Positions 43,305 through 54,096 of a stretch of DNA of 64,000 nt are shown piece by piece (the first letter of the stretch is position 1; each line of letters starts with the position of its first letter). The DNA comes from a virus. Taxonomy: Duplodnaviria; Caudoviricetes. The translations under genes were made by a program, and so were the position numbers. A model generated the notes under the pieces. That model had not been told where the DNA came from. It made no database searches and saw only the letters and a list, made by a program, of their open reading frames with translations. Where the stretch lies: the IMG/VR virus record IMGVR_UViG_3300021376_000006; one strand, 5' to 3'.

Positions 43305-43460
43305 TCAATCGGCCGGTTCGTATTTGGCAAATACTTCTTTAACTTCATCAAATCCAACTTGTAGTTCTGAGGCAACATAATCCACGGTGTCCTCATAATA
43401 ACCCAGCGGGTCGCCTACGTTTTCGGCCAGTTTCAATACTTGTATACGAAAGTCTTTCAT
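43305..43460 (-). CDS. Small protein (51 aa, not in track)
   Basis: AAGGAG RBS; MKDFRIQVLKLAENVGDPLGYYEDTVDYVASEL. Confidence 0.55.
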   Translation of the reverse strand: MKDFRIQVLKLAENVGDPLGYYEDTVDYVASELQVGFDEVKEVFAKYEPAD

Positions 43461-43474
43461 TTCTATCTCCTTAA

Positions 43475-43768
43475 TTACATACTGTGGTAAGTTTCACTGG
43501 ATGGCGAGCAGAAGTACGGAGTGTCATAACGCTCTTGGAACTCTTTACCCGTTACAAGATTCTTACGGGTTACAAAAGTTTCGTACACACGGACAACAAA
43601 ACCTTCGGTACGGAAACTTTCGGCCACATTCCAAACCTTGCTATAGTCAGTGTTTAAATCTACAACCTTGACAAAACGCAGGCCTTTTTTGTTACGGCCA
43701 AAACGCTCGTCTTTTCGGATACGCCGGTCTTCCTTGTAAACTTCTACGGTGTATGCAGTCTTAGTCAT
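43475..43768 (-). CDS. Conserved phage hypothetical protein (start MTKTAY)
   Basis: GGAG RBS; ETFVTRKNL..GKEFQERYDTPYFCSPSSETYHSM. Confidence 0.7.
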   Translation of the reverse strand: MTKTAYTVEVYKEDRRIRKDERFGRNKKGLRFVKVVDLNTDYSKVWNVAESFRTEGFVVRVYETFVTRKNLVTGKEFQERYDTPYFCSPSSETYHSM

Positions 43769-43859
43769 TTGGTACGCTCCTACTATACCCATATTATACA
43801 GAAATGGGTCATTATGGTCTACCATAATCGTTTGTTGCAAAAATTGCAACACCAGTTGC

Positions 43860-44147
43860 TTATTCAGCAACAGTTAGCAAATTAGCAGGCACATTCCAGG
43901 TTGTAATGCCTTCGCGAACCTTGATGTTTTTTATGTTAATTTTAACAACATTTCCTTGGTGTGTGCGTCCGGTACGCGGATGTGTAAATTTAACAACATC
44001 GCCCAGCATCAATGCTCGTTTTGTTTCTTTAGTAAGTTGACTGCGACGGAATTTGACCGCAGCAAGAATGCTGTTTAGTTGCTCATTTGTAAACGAACCA
44101 AACATGATTTGGCTATTAACTTGTTCGATAGTAGTAAGTTGTTCCAT
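43860..44147 (-). CDS. SH3-like phage protein
   Basis: LMLGDVVKF..GNVVKINIKNIKV...WNVPANLL. Confidence 0.7.
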   Translation of the reverse strand: MEQLTTIEQVNSQIMFGSFTNEQLNSILAAVKFRRSQLTKETKRALMLGDVVKFTHPRTGRTHQGNVVKINIKNIKVREGITTWNVPANLLTVAE

Positions 44148-44214
44148 TGCCGACTCCTAATTAATTTACAGTTCTAAGAGTATAACAAAATGGTAAATTA
44201 AAGTCAACAGTTGC

Positions 44215-45711
44215 TTAAATGCTAAGTTTTTTGTATTTGTATTGGTTCACTATTTGATATTTGAAATCTTGCGCCTGTTTTAATTGATCATGTGTAGTGG
44301 TATTCAGCAATGCATGATCTATAGTTCTTTTTGGAAAAATGTAATCGTCTAAAGTGAGATTACCAATGTTTGAGTTTGGCCAATTTTCATTTAATGAAGT
44401 GCAAATGTTTAAAGCATGTTGAAAGGAAAAATCTTTGTTTTCCCAGTTGACCCATTTGGATCCAAAATGATCAAATGTGCCCAAAGACCTATAATTGAAT
44501 TTTGTGAGATTTGATCCAATGATAGACATCTGATCGTTTATTCCGTTGACCAATGAATCTGAGCTTGGTATGTAAAGTGCGTTCCAAATGCAATGCTGAT
44601 CATGCCAATATTTTTTATGCCAATTAATGCTTTGCTGTACTGATTCCGGCGTTTCATAAGGAAGACCAACTATCATGGAGGTGGATCCTCGATAAATTTT
44701 TCTATTGTGTGTTTGGAAAAAATTTTTAATATCAACCAGGCCTTGTTTGAGTTTTTCTGAATACATTCCTTTCCCAATTGTTTTAGCAGTTTTGTCTTTA
44801 AAACTTTCAATTCCGTAATAGTGTCCTACAAAATTCATACGTAATAAATGCTGCCTGTCTTCTAGTCTGTTTATTAAAAGATCGGCACGTATAAAACCAG
44901 AAAAAAATGGAGTAAAAGACATTTTTTCAACTTGATCTGCATACTTGGATATTTTTGCTGTGCTATCATTGAATGTTTCATCAACCACATAGTAATTTGT
45001 TATTCCATATCTGTCAAAATTTTGTTGCAGATTAATTCTAAATGATTCTGCATCTTGTGTGTAATCTCCTTTGACTCCCAGAACTGGATATGAACAAAAT
45101 TTACATTTGAATATACAGCCGCGACTCAATTCAATATGACCCCATTCTTCTGGTAATAAAAAGTCTCGGTCTTCAAACAAGATTGACAACTTGTGCAATG
45201 GAAATGCCGGACAGGTTTTGTCTGCACTTATAACTTTTTTGTTAGTAAATCTTGAATCAAAAATTACCTTCTGTGCCAATGCGTTTCCTGAAATTACTTT
45301 TAACAAGTTTAGTACCGCAATTTCACCATAACCGGTAATATAGTAGTCTATTGCACTTGTTTGTTCAGGAATTATATATCCGCCGCCCCAAATCGTTACA
45401 ATATTAGGATAACGGTTTTTCAACCATGAGGCAAGTTTATCTATAACACTTGGCCACGATTGAAAAATACAGCTGAATGCAATAAATTTAGTTTTTGAAC
45501 TAATTCTACTTTGACACAATTCTTGCAATTCCTCAAGAGAAAACATCGCAGCAAAATCTACTACCTCAATATCCCAGTTGTGGTCACGTAAAAAATTTGC
45601 TATTCTATGTCCGCCAGCTCTGCGTCTATGGAATTTGTTGTCTTGATCTTTAACACTGTCGAGCCGTGTCTCATACACTTGAAAAACAAGTCCGTGATGT
45701 GTTTTTGTCAT
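44215..45711 (-). CDS. B12-binding-domain radical SAM protein
   Basis: IWGG, GYGE, ELSRGCIFKCKFC, DETFND, GIESF, IVGLPYET. Confidence 0.88.
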   Translation of the reverse strand: MTKTHHGLVFQVYETRLDSVKDQDNKFHRRRAGGHRIANFLRDHNWDIEVVDFAAMFSLEELQELCQSRISSKTKFIAFSCIFQSWPSVIDKLASWLKNRYPNIVTIWGGGYIIPEQTSAIDYYITGYGEIAVLNLLKVISGNALAQKVIFDSRFTNKKVISADKTCPAFPLHKLSILFEDRDFLLPEEWGHIELSRGCIFKCKFCSYPVLGVKGDYTQDAESFRINLQQNFDRYGITNYYVVDETFNDSTAKISKYADQVEKMSFTPFFSGFIRADLLINRLEDRQHLLRMNFVGHYYGIESFKDKTAKTIGKGMYSEKLKQGLVDIKNFFQTHNRKIYRGSTSMIVGLPYETPESVQQSINWHKKYWHDQHCIWNALYIPSSDSLVNGINDQMSIIGSNLTKFNYRSLGTFDHFGSKWVNWENKDFSFQHALNICTSLNENWPNSNIGNLTLDDYIFPKRTIDHALLNTTTHDQLKQAQDFKYQIVNQYKYKKLSI

Positions 45712-45717
45712 TGAATT

Positions 45718-46083
45718 TTAAATTGCTATACGTTGTTGTCCGGCACGCCGCATTTCGCCGCGCATGATTGTTTTCATTACCAATGTGTCATTTATTTTGG
45801 CAACAGGCACTGTGATATCTGTTTCTAAATCAACCACATGAATTGCTACACCTTCGGGTAAATCTTTTAAAAATTTATGCCTTTTCAACAACAGCTTGCT
45901 AAAAAAATCTGCAACCTCGGCAATGCCGATAGGTTCGGTGTTTCTGGGATCGTTAATACGATCAACAAAATGTGTGGTAATTTTTACCGGTATATTGTAT
46001 GGTACGTATCTGGTGTTTAACACCTGGGTATAGTGCTTGGCCAGTTCAGCGTTGTTTTCTGTGAGAAATTCTTGCAAACGCAT
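45718..46083 (-). CDS. Putative internal head protein (CTS-like N-terminus)
   Basis: MRLQEFLTE; HFVDRINDPRN. Confidence 0.6.
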   Translation of the reverse strand: MRLQEFLTENNAELAKHYTQVLNTRYVPYNIPVKITTHFVDRINDPRNTEPIGIAEVADFFSKLLLKRHKFLKDLPEGVAIHVVDLETDITVPVAKINDTLVMKTIMRGEMRRAGQQRIAI

Positions 46084-48200
46084 TATGTTTTAATAATGAA
46101 GTTGATAGCCAGGTACGGAGGTAAGTTTTGATTTGTGCCGCTGACACCTGCAGAGTTTATTGTTACGCCGGTGCTGGCATAATCAGTCCAATTATAAAAA
46201 CTAGCATCTGTACCGGCGTCTGGACCTTCCCCAATCCATGGTTCATTTGGTCTAGCTTGATTAGGGGTGTTGCTAAGAACGGTGGTACTAGTTGGATTGC
46301 GTTCCCATGCTGCCGGTACCTCTGGGTCACCAGCATTAAGATAATCATTTATACCATAAAACAGAGCCCCACTCACAGGATCTCTTAATTGATGACGATG
46401 TGTAGGATCAGTGGTATTGTGACTGTGACTTACCACTACTGCATCTTTTGTGCCACCTGTGTTACCTATAGCATACAATGTGCCTGCGCCAACTGGCATT
46501 CTATTTCTGTAATCGGGCAGGTTAAATGTATTAACTCCGTCTCCGTTGCCAAAGGTGCTGCCAAGTATGGCAAACAATGCAGCATAGGTGGTTCTTGACA
46601 CTGCAAGGCCATTGCATAACAAGAATCCTGTAGGTGCAGACACTGTGGGCCACATCATCAAGCTGCCAGTAGGTACACTGTTGTTTTGTACAAAAGCAGT
46701 TGTAGCAACTGCGGTGTTAGATGTTCCCGGAGGCATAGTAGGAGTAAATATTTGTCCTCCTACGTGTAAATTTCCACCAAGACCTATACCTCCAGTAACA
46801 ACCAATGCACCGGTTGATGTTGATATAGCTGCTCTCGACGAACCTACAACTAGGTTGCCAGTCACTGCTAAATTTGCCGCGACCGAAGAATTGCCCGATA
46901 CAGTTAAATTGCCGCCCACTGAAGCAGTTAAACCAACATCCAATCTACCAGTTAAAGATACTGAATTGGCATGCATGGTATTCAACCGCATTCCTTGACT
47001 ACCAACATTTGAACTGATATTGGCGGTTGGGATCAAATCAGCACCCAAGTATATTGTTGCCACATTACTAACAGTAACAAAAGTATTTGCAGCATTTACA
47101 TTGCCTACTAAAATACTTTCTGAAAAAATGTTTTTAAAACGGTTAGTTGTATTTCCTAAGGTAAAAGTTACGTTTGCACTTGGGATAATATGGCCAAAGA
47201 AATTAGCAGTACCATTAACTAAACCCGACAGAATATCTACGTAATTTTTTGTAGCAAAAGTCAAAGCCGGAGATGAATTTGTTGGTTGTGCATATGCTTC
47301 GGCTAATCCTGTTTGATAATTGCCTCGTAAAAACGGTGTTTGCGTTCCGCCTGTTTTGAGACTTAATATAAAGTCGCGATTGTTAGTTTGATTGTGCAGC
47401 GTGACTGTGCCGCTAGTGACATTTGCAACAAAATCACTGGCTGCACCAAAAGTCAGGCCACCATCGTTTGTCAATGATAAAGATCCGTTAATAGATCCTG
47501 ACATGTTATTTCTTACGAATGTGTTACCAAACACAGCAACGTTGTTTACATATATAGATTGGGCAACTTCACTGTTACCCCAGAAAGTGTGTCCCAGTGT
47601 GCTGTTGAGATTGAGTCCCTTTTTTATAGTAGCAAAACCAGCTGTATCAGATGCAAAAGGACCGTCTTTGCTCCAGATACCCACTAATATATTGTCGATA
47701 AAAAATTTAATTACAACATAGGTAGTTGACGGTGGGGCATCTGTTACTGTGTCCGGGATAGCCCCTGAATTACCAGTGGCAAGTCTTGACAGAGGTCCTA
47801 CCAAGCGCCATTCAGTACCTGTATATATTTTAAGCTGTCCATTTGTAGTATCATACCACTGTTCACCAGTGTATGAGTTGGTCGGAGTTGATGCACTCAG
47901 AGTCATACCAGCCAAGGTTTTCCAAATGGCGTTGCCCGAGCCTTTAGTAGCAGCAACGTTAACACTTAAAAGTTTTGTAGTGCTGTTAAACCATAACTGT
48001 CCAGGAATAGGTGCAGACGGTTCTGTGGTTTTGGCAAAGTTTTCCATGAGTCTTACAAAGTTTTGATTTAAGAATAAACCATAACCTTTGTAATTTTTTC
48101 CTAATAGAACCAAGCTGGTATTGGCACTATCTGCGGTATTATCCAGCAAACCGCCCGCAATTAGATCTTCTCCGTTACTTAATGTAATATTATATGGCAT
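46083..48200 (-). CDS. Tail fibre/baseplate protein with phage tail collar domain
   Basis: N-term NFVRLMENFA...GQLWFN; C-term PTGSLMMW...GFLLCNG.AVSRTTYAALF...FNLPD. Confidence 0.85.
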   Translation of the reverse strand: MPYNITLSNGEDLIAGGLLDNTADSANTSLVLLGKNYKGYGLFLNQNFVRLMENFAKTTEPSAPIPGQLWFNSTTKLLSVNVAATKGSGNAIWKTLAGMTLSASTPTNSYTGEQWYDTTNGQLKIYTGTEWRLVGPLSRLATGNSGAIPDTVTDAPPSTTYVVIKFFIDNILVGIWSKDGPFASDTAGFATIKKGLNLNSTLGHTFWGNSEVAQSIYVNNVAVFGNTFVRNNMSGSINGSLSLTNDGGLTFGAASDFVANVTSGTVTLHNQTNNRDFILSLKTGGTQTPFLRGNYQTGLAEAYAQPTNSSPALTFATKNYVDILSGLVNGTANFFGHIIPSANVTFTLGNTTNRFKNIFSESILVGNVNAANTFVTVSNVATIYLGADLIPTANISSNVGSQGMRLNTMHANSVSLTGRLDVGLTASVGGNLTVSGNSSVAANLAVTGNLVVGSSRAAISTSTGALVVTGGIGLGGNLHVGGQIFTPTMPPGTSNTAVATTAFVQNNSVPTGSLMMWPTVSAPTGFLLCNGLAVSRTTYAALFAILGSTFGNGDGVNTFNLPDYRNRMPVGAGTLYAIGNTGGTKDAVVVSHSHNTTDPTHRHQLRDPVSGALFYGINDYLNAGDPEVPAAWERNPTSTTVLSNTPNQARPNEPWIGEGPDAGTDASFYNWTDYASTGVTINSAGVSGTNQNLPPYLAINFIIKT

Positions 48201-48251
48201 TTTTTGTTCTCACACCCTTTATTTATGCTATTTTTACTGGGTATCAAGCAG

Positions 48252-50360
48252 TTACTTTTTACGCCCACTTTTCATATTTGCACACCAGTGGTACATTCGA
48301 CCACGCTCACCACCGGATTTTTTAGCTTTTTGACGCAAACTGGTCACTGATCCTGAACAACTAGCACCGGCACGTTTGACTCTACCCGGACGACTTTGGC
48401 CCTTGACTTTGCCATCGGCAAAGTTTTCATCTATTTGTTGGTTTAAAAACTGTTGTACAGCTTGCAAATGATCGCTGCCAGCTACGTATACACCTTGTTT
48501 TCTTGAGGCCAAAAACTTATCACGCAGGTCGTTAACAGACTTAGCCACACGACCCGCCCGGTTAGGATATTCTGCCCAGTTGTTGGGCCACATCAGTCGT
48601 TCGCCTAGCTCAAAAAACTGTCGCACATTGCGTTCTGTGGCTGGTGCTTGACTCATTCTAACAAAGTCATATTCACCTTCACTCACAGCCTGTAAAAACT
48701 TTGTCAGCGTTTCAGCATCAAACTTTCTGTCAGGGAAATAGTTGGTGCTGGGTTGTGTGCCGAGTATGCGATTAAAAATAGACACACTGGGGTCCGACCC
48801 AATCTTACCTTTTACAGTATCATTTTCTTTTATGTTAGAGAACAGAACATATAAGAATGCGGCCGGATAACCTTTGATTTTGTGCGATAGCAAATCATCA
48901 TCCCAACTACCTTGATAGCTATCAATGATTCCCGCAGTAAGTTTGCGATCCATACCGTTGCCCTCGTACCAGGCGCCGTGCTGTTTGGCAATTGCCTTTA
49001 CTCGTTCGGTATCAGAATCTGATAACTGTAACCGCTTGCCGTGTTCTTGTCCGACAATAGCAGTATCATTGCCTATGAAAAGCACCCGGCTGGTTTTGGC
49101 TTCTGTAACAGATTCTCCGCCGCCTCCATCACCTCCACTATCACCAGATTCCGAACCGTGAGCACCACTGCCGTAATAACCATAGCCAGGATACCAATAA
49201 CCGCCAAAATACCTGTTGCGGCGTCGACGCTTTTTGCCTTCCGCCATGTCTTGTTTGTTTTTGATATGACTGTATACCCGGCGTAGTTGTTCTGCGTCAA
49301 GATCGTCAAGATGCTTGTGCCCAGTGAGTTTTTCTGTCATACGCAAGAAACTGGGTTCATTGTCCCAGGCTATGCCACGACGGTTAGCAAGATCGTGTAT
49401 CATCTTCTTGGTTATTTTGCCTTCCGTCACACCCGGCTTCAATCGTGTCAGTTCATACACCACTTGATCGCCATGGTCTTCACTGTAGTCATCATAGCCC
49501 CATGCGGCCGCATATCTTTGAACCAACCTGTCATATAATTTTGCTCTACTCTCACTGTTTTGTCCCGGATCAACATCTTTTTTGGCTGAAAAAATCAAAC
49601 GCCATGGTTCGTGTTCTTTGACGAATTTTTGTATGGCATTTAAAACCGTGGCAAATATTCTTTGTGCATCACCTTCACCAGTAATTTCTTGACTGTTGTT
49701 TCTATAAAACTCAACTTGCCATTCGTTGTTCCCTTCGTGATTGAACATGATGCTTAGGTACTTACCATCCGGCAATCGTACTAATGTGTCGTAATCGCCA
49801 AACTCACTTTTCTGCTCGATTTCATGTGGGTAGGGCTGATTAAACGCTTCGTCTAGATCATCCTGGTATTCAGGATTACGAGCAAGTTTAACCGCTCTCT
49901 TATTACCTAACACCCCAGGATTGAACCATACTGTACTTTCAACATCCCAAGCTCGCATTATGGTGTCTTGCCAATTATTCTCTGCAGTATAATGTACAGC
50001 ATCATAGTCCTGGCCAATTGCTGCCCAAGGCATTTTGGTCAGCAACTCTATAGGATTCTTAAATTGTGCCCCGTATTGTTGTGCAACAGCAACAGCATCA
50101 CGGTCTGACCTGATAGTTAGTATCTTTGCCGCGGGAGCGACATCAAACAAAAATCCTGTATCTCCAATCCATTCGGGCATTTCTGCATCACACCAACGCA
50201 CCCATTCGCTGGTTATTCCTTCAGGAGTTTTGATAGCGGTGCTGGTCCATACTTTGACTTGTGGCTTTAATCCTAAGGACTCATTGACAGTGTTAGGATG
50301 CGGTGCATATAGCTGTGTGCCTAATCCTGCTGCCTCGGTTATAAACTCGTAAGCTCTCAT
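48252..50360 (-). CDS. Modular putative internal head polyprotein
   Basis: [10 protein letters not shown]-term; unrelated modules each starting after (L/V/I/M)xE. Confidence 0.65.
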   Translation of the reverse strand: MRAYEFITEAAGLGTQLYAPHPNTVNESLGLKPQVKVWTSTAIKTPEGITSEWVRWCDAEMPEWIGDTGFLFDVAPAAKILTIRSDRDAVAVAQQYGAQFKNPIELLTKMPWAAIGQDYDAVHYTAENNWQDTIMRAWDVESTVWFNPGVLGNKRAVKLARNPEYQDDLDEAFNQPYPHEIEQKSEFGDYDTLVRLPDGKYLSIMFNHEGNNEWQVEFYRNNSQEITGEGDAQRIFATVLNAIQKFVKEHEPWRLIFSAKKDVDPGQNSESRAKLYDRLVQRYAAAWGYDDYSEDHGDQVVYELTRLKPGVTEGKITKKMIHDLANRRGIAWDNEPSFLRMTEKLTGHKHLDDLDAEQLRRVYSHIKNKQDMAEGKKRRRRNRYFGGYWYPGYGYYGSGAHGSESGDSGGDGGGGESVTEAKTSRVLFIGNDTAIVGQEHGKRLQLSDSDTERVKAIAKQHGAWYEGNGMDRKLTAGIIDSYQGSWDDDLLSHKIKGYPAAFLYVLFSNIKENDTVKGKIGSDPSVSIFNRILGTQPSTNYFPDRKFDAETLTKFLQAVSEGEYDFVRMSQAPATERNVRQFFELGERLMWPNNWAEYPNRAGRVAKSVNDLRDKFLASRKQGVYVAGSDHLQAVQQFLNQQIDENFADGKVKGQSRPGRVKRAGASCSGSVTSLRQKAKKSGGERGRMYHWCANMKSGRKK

Positions 50361-51277
50361 TTTTTATTTTTATGTTTTTCTGCATAAGCCAGTACACCCT
50401 CACGCACCCAAGCACCATCTATATGTGCCTGTGCCCTGGTGTGCAGTCTTTGTTTATTCAATGGACCATCACCATTCACATTCTGCCAAAACTCTGTCCA
50501 ATCTATCTCACCAAAGTCATAGTGACCACGATCATCATTCCACTTGAGATCAGGATCTGGTAACTGGACACCAAGGTATTCAGCCTGCGGCACAGTGGCA
50601 TCCACGAACTTCTGACGCAGTTCATCATTGGTGTGACGCTTGATGCCCCAGGCCATGGTCTTTTCTGTGTTAACACTCTCAGCGTCAGGTGGGCCAAACA
50701 TGGCTAGAGTTTTCCACCACCAGCGATCCACAGCCGCCTGCACCATGTCTCGTTGCTCATCAGTACCCTTCATCATGACCATAAGCTGATCATAGCCCTG
50801 GCGCTGATGAAAACTTTCTTCTTTACAGATGCGTATCATGGCACGGGCATATGGACCATAACTGCAACGACACAGGGGAATCTGATTCATGATGGCCGCA
50901 CCATCTACCAACCAACCTATCACTGCTTGATCAGCCCAGGTCACGGCAGGATAATTAAATATGCTGCTGTATTTGGCTTGTCCTGTGTGCAGTTCCGCTA
51001 ACATTTCTTCACGACTGATTCCCAAAGTCTCTGCGGCGCTATACAAATATATACCATGCCCGCCTTCATCCTGTACTTTGGCCAGTAGAATGGCCTTGCG
51101 TTTCAGTGTTGGTGCTCGAGTGATCCAACCGCCTTCTGGCAGCATGCCTACGATTTCACTGTGAGCATGTTGACTAATTTGTCTTATAAGAGTCTTGCGA
51201 TAGGCATCAGGCATCCAGTCCTGAGGTTCTATTTTAATTTCATTGGCAATCTTATAATCAAATTTTTCTTGGCTCAT
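50357..51277 (-). CDS. paaA: 1,2-phenylacetyl-CoA epoxidase catalytic subunit A
   Basis: [63 protein letters not shown]. Confidence 0.95.
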   Translation of the reverse strand: MSQEKFDYKIANEIKIEPQDWMPDAYRKTLIRQISQHAHSEIVGMLPEGGWITRAPTLKRKAILLAKVQDEGGHGIYLYSAAETLGISREEMLAELHTGQAKYSSIFNYPAVTWADQAVIGWLVDGAAIMNQIPLCRCSYGPYARAMIRICKEESFHQRQGYDQLMVMMKGTDEQRDMVQAAVDRWWWKTLAMFGPPDAESVNTEKTMAWGIKRHTNDELRQKFVDATVPQAEYLGVQLPDPDLKWNDDRGHYDFGEIDWTEFWQNVNGDGPLNKQRLHTRAQAHIDGAWVREGVLAYAEKHKNKK

Positions 51278-51453
51278 TTTACTATCTTAAATCGTGTACA
51301 TTTTGACTGAAATGGATACTCATTGTAAAATTCTGCCCAATTTCTACAATCTTCTAATGTATTATACTGTTTTTTTACAAATAACACAGGAGGGTCACTT
51401 GATAAAATATACACAGTTAAGATATACACAAACATCTCAAATGTGCTCCTTGT

Positions 51454-51645
51454 TCAAGTGGTAGGTGGGGGTTCATAATTTTCTACCCATGTACACCTTA
51501 ACGTGGCCACTTTAGGCTGTTCAAGCAAATGGGTGGCTTCCGCCCAGCATTCCTGCATGGTAGGAAAACCACCCATTTCAACTGATTCGAGTCCAGGTGT
51601 GCCTGTGTTCAGCGTGATAAAAAAGTAGACATATAGTACATACAT
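51454..51645 (-). CDS. Small secreted protein of two-Cys family
   Basis: MYVLYVYFFI...GGFPTMQEC...P.V..LRC. Confidence 0.65.
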   Translation of the reverse strand: MYVLYVYFFITLNTGTPGLESVEMGGFPTMQECWAEATHLLEQPKVATLRCTWVENYEPPPTT

Positions 51646-51800
51646 GCCTATATTTATCAGAAATAGCGTTTGTAATTAGTTCAAACCAATCACTCCTTTA
51701 CCCCAGTGCATCTGGTACTAATTTTTGTGTAAAATATATGTAAAACATATGGCCATACCCAGCACTAAAAATATCATGGCTTTTTTTAATTCACTCATTG

Positions 51801-51983
51801 TTATTCCTTTGTTTCAAAACATATCATGTATTGTGTGCCGCAGTATGGACAACTGGCCATACCGTTTTCGTTAAAATCTAAAAATACCTTGGGATGCGCG
51901 GACCAAAATTCCATAGCAGGGTTTGGACAAAACGCAGGAAGTTTTTTTTGGTTTATTTGGACAGGCTTGGCAGGCGGTTTCAT
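51801..51983 (-). CDS. Zinc-finger (zf-CHCC) protein
   Basis: CPNP...HPKVFL...CPYCG. Confidence 0.85.
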   Translation of the reverse strand: MKPPAKPVQINQKKLPAFCPNPAMEFWSAHPKVFLDFNENGMASCPYCGTQYMICFETKE

Positions 51984-52399
51984 TAAGTATCATCTGTTTT
52001 GTCATGGCTGGGATAGTTATGGCTGGCGTATCTTATCAAGACCACACTGAAAGTGATTACAAGTGTAGATCCCGCGACTGCAATCATTTGCCAAATGTCA
52101 ATGGCAGCGTGACTCATGATATCTACCATGTGGCGAGTGAGTGCTGTAATTGCTATGTATAATAAAAATCTTACGGGCATATGATTGGTATTAAAATAAA
52201 TTCCAACCATAGCTCCAATTTCCAAGTATATAAACAATAAAAGCAAATCACTTACACCAGCATGATGTTTAGAAAACAGTTCAAAAAAAGTCCACGATGC
52301 TGCCCACACTGTGGCAGCACCAATTCCAAACAGTGCCAGCTTATGGAAAGTTGCTACCAGTGTGTTGGCAACATGATTGATTTTTTCACTGTCAACCAT
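51983..52399 (-). CDS. Phosphate-starvation-inducible PsiE family membrane protein
   Basis: DLLLLFIYLEIGAMVGIYF.T.HMPVRFLLYIAITALTR. Confidence 0.85.
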   Translation of the reverse strand: MVDSEKINHVANTLVATFHKLALFGIGAATVWAASWTFFELFSKHHAGVSDLLLLFIYLEIGAMVGIYFNTNHMPVRFLLYIAITALTRHMVDIMSHAAIDIWQMIAVAGSTLVITFSVVLIRYASHNYPSHDKTDDT

Positions 52400-52408
52400 A
52401 CGTGCTTA

Positions 52409-52882
52409 TCACCACATGTCACGAATTTGTTTTTTCTTGCGCTCGGCCACTACCCAGTTTCCACGCAGAGCAAAATACAAACCGCCAACCCAGAGAGAGA
52501 AATGTAAATAATCCGTCAGCATAAAAGTTATCAAACTCTCGGGTTTCAACACAACCCAAATTACACCAGTGGCCACACAACACATCACAATGCCGCTGAA
52601 TCTGGTCAGTGCATCACCGAACTCTGCAGCATAGGGCCAGTCACGGATTTTGTACAATGTGGCTGCACCACCCACTAGCAGTCCCACTCCTGCCAGTACT
52701 TCACCATAAGCAACAAACCACCACACCAAGGGACCAAGTCCAAATGCTGCTCCGCCTGCGGGATCAAAGGGCAGTTTGCTCAAGCCCTGTGTGATAAAGA
52801 TCAAGGCCAGAGGAATCCTTAACAACAGATTGCTCCAAGCAAAGTCAGGAAGCATGTGCCAATAATTTTTTACCGATATCAT
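52409..52882 (-). CDS. DoxX-like membrane protein
   Basis: LLLRIPLALIFITQGLSK...EVLAGVGLLVG. Confidence 0.7.
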   Translation of the reverse strand: MISVKNYWHMLPDFAWSNLLLRIPLALIFITQGLSKLPFDPAGGAAFGLGPLVWWFVAYGEVLAGVGLLVGGAATLYKIRDWPYAAEFGDALTRFSGIVMCCVATGVIWVVLKPESLITFMLTDYLHFSLWVGGLYFALRGNWVVAERKKKQIRDMW

Positions 52883-52893
52883 ATATTACTCCA

Positions 52894-53064
52894 TTAGTTT
52901 TGTGTAAAAGCTGAATTTGTTACTAGTGTGCAACGAACTGATTTTACTCTTGGATCCTTCAATGCCTCAACTTTAACTGCTTCACACTGTTCCTGTAGCG
53001 CATAGGCAGCTACCCTGTGATCATTGCCTGGATTGAACAGCCACGCAATGTACATTATCCACAT
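52894..53064 (-). CDS. Small secreted protein of two-Cys family (56 aa, not in track)
   Basis: MWIMYIAWLF...YALQEQC...DPRVKSVRC. Confidence 0.65.
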   Translation of the reverse strand: MWIMYIAWLFNPGNDHRVAAYALQEQCEAVKVEALKDPRVKSVRCTLVTNSAFTQN

Positions 53065-53364
53065 TTATTTCACAGTCATTATGTATTGTGCCAGCAGTTT
53101 TGCATCTGCCTCTGACACATGGGGTTGCTTGGGCATGGCCATGGCGCCCCAGACTCCACCGCCACCATTTCGAATTTTTCCAGCGAGATACTCTACTGCA
53201 TCTTTTCTATCTTTGTATTTGGCTGCTACTTCTTTCAAAGATGGACCTACTACCCTGTTCTGTGCCTGATGACAACCAATACAACCAGACTTTCTAAACA
53301 ATGCGTCATCTGCCTGAACAGGCATTGATAATATAAATAATACTGTAAACATTACATTTTTCAT
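53065..53364 (-). CDS. Class I c-type cytochrome (c551/c552-like)
   Basis: Signal peptide, CIGCH, VGPSLKEVA, GVWG..MP (Met ligand). Confidence 0.93.
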   Translation of the reverse strand: MKNVMFTVLFILSMPVQADDALFRKSGCIGCHQAQNRVVGPSLKEVAAKYKDRKDAVEYLAGKIRNGGGGVWGAMAMPKQPHVSEADAKLLAQYIMTVK

Positions 53365-53393
53365 GAACTTCCTTTCACATTAAAAATTTAAAC

Positions 53394-53576
53394 ATGCGTT
53401 TTTTATATCTAATTTTATCACTGTTACCTGCTCCATTATTTTTACTACTTGGTATCTTCAACCTCTTTCATTCACCCTCTCATTGTGGTTCATTTCAATA
53501 TGAAATGACTACGATGTGGTTTGTCATGTTTTTTGCACATCTTTTACCTTGGTTAAAAAAAATCAAAACTTCATAG
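53394..53576 (+). CDS. Small membrane protein
   Basis: Two TM; YEMTTMWFVMFFAH. Confidence 0.55.
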   Translation: MRFLYLILSLLPAPLFLLLGIFNLFHSPSHCGSFQYEMTTMWFVMFFAHLLPWLKKIKTS

Positions 53577-54096
53577 CAATTTTTACAGCCGCTTTTGATC
53601 CAGCGTGAACCAATTTACACCATAATTTTAATGCACGACCTGGTACAACTATAACATCGCCCAAAGCATCTTGTCTATGACGGATTTCATCAAAACGCAG
53701 TTTTTTCAAAATATCAATCAACTGCTGCTGATTGTTAACTGTGATACCAGCGAGGTCCGCATCATACACGGATAAAAATTCTATCTGCTCCAAATAATGC
53801 TGATCAACAAAAGTTTCTACTGTGGCAATGGTGTGTTTAATCCAGTTAGGTCCCATGACAGCAGGAATGAATCCAGTTATGAAACCAGCAACTGCCCACA
53901 GTGGCACAAGCAGGCTGTGCTTGGATCTAGGCAAAATGGCATTGACCTCAGCCAGATGCTGTGATTCTTGAGCTAAATGTTCTTGCATAAGATCGGCCGT
54001 TGCTGAATCATGGCGGAACAATTGCATGGCTCGATAGATCCAGACTGCACCTGTCTCTCCAGCCTGATCAGATCTAAGTGCTTGTACTAGATCCAT
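53563..54096 (-). CDS. coq7: Demethoxyubiquinone hydroxylase family di-iron protein
   Basis: LRSDQAGETGAVWIY, ESQH, VETFVDQHY, DEIRH. Confidence 0.88.
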   Translation of the reverse strand: MDLVQALRSDQAGETGAVWIYRAMQLFRHDSATADLMQEHLAQESQHLAEVNAILPRSKHSLLVPLWAVAGFITGFIPAVMGPNWIKHTIATVETFVDQHYLEQIEFLSVYDADLAGITVNNQQQLIDILKKLRFDEIRHRQDALGDVIVVPGRALKLWCKLVHAGSKAAVKIAMKF

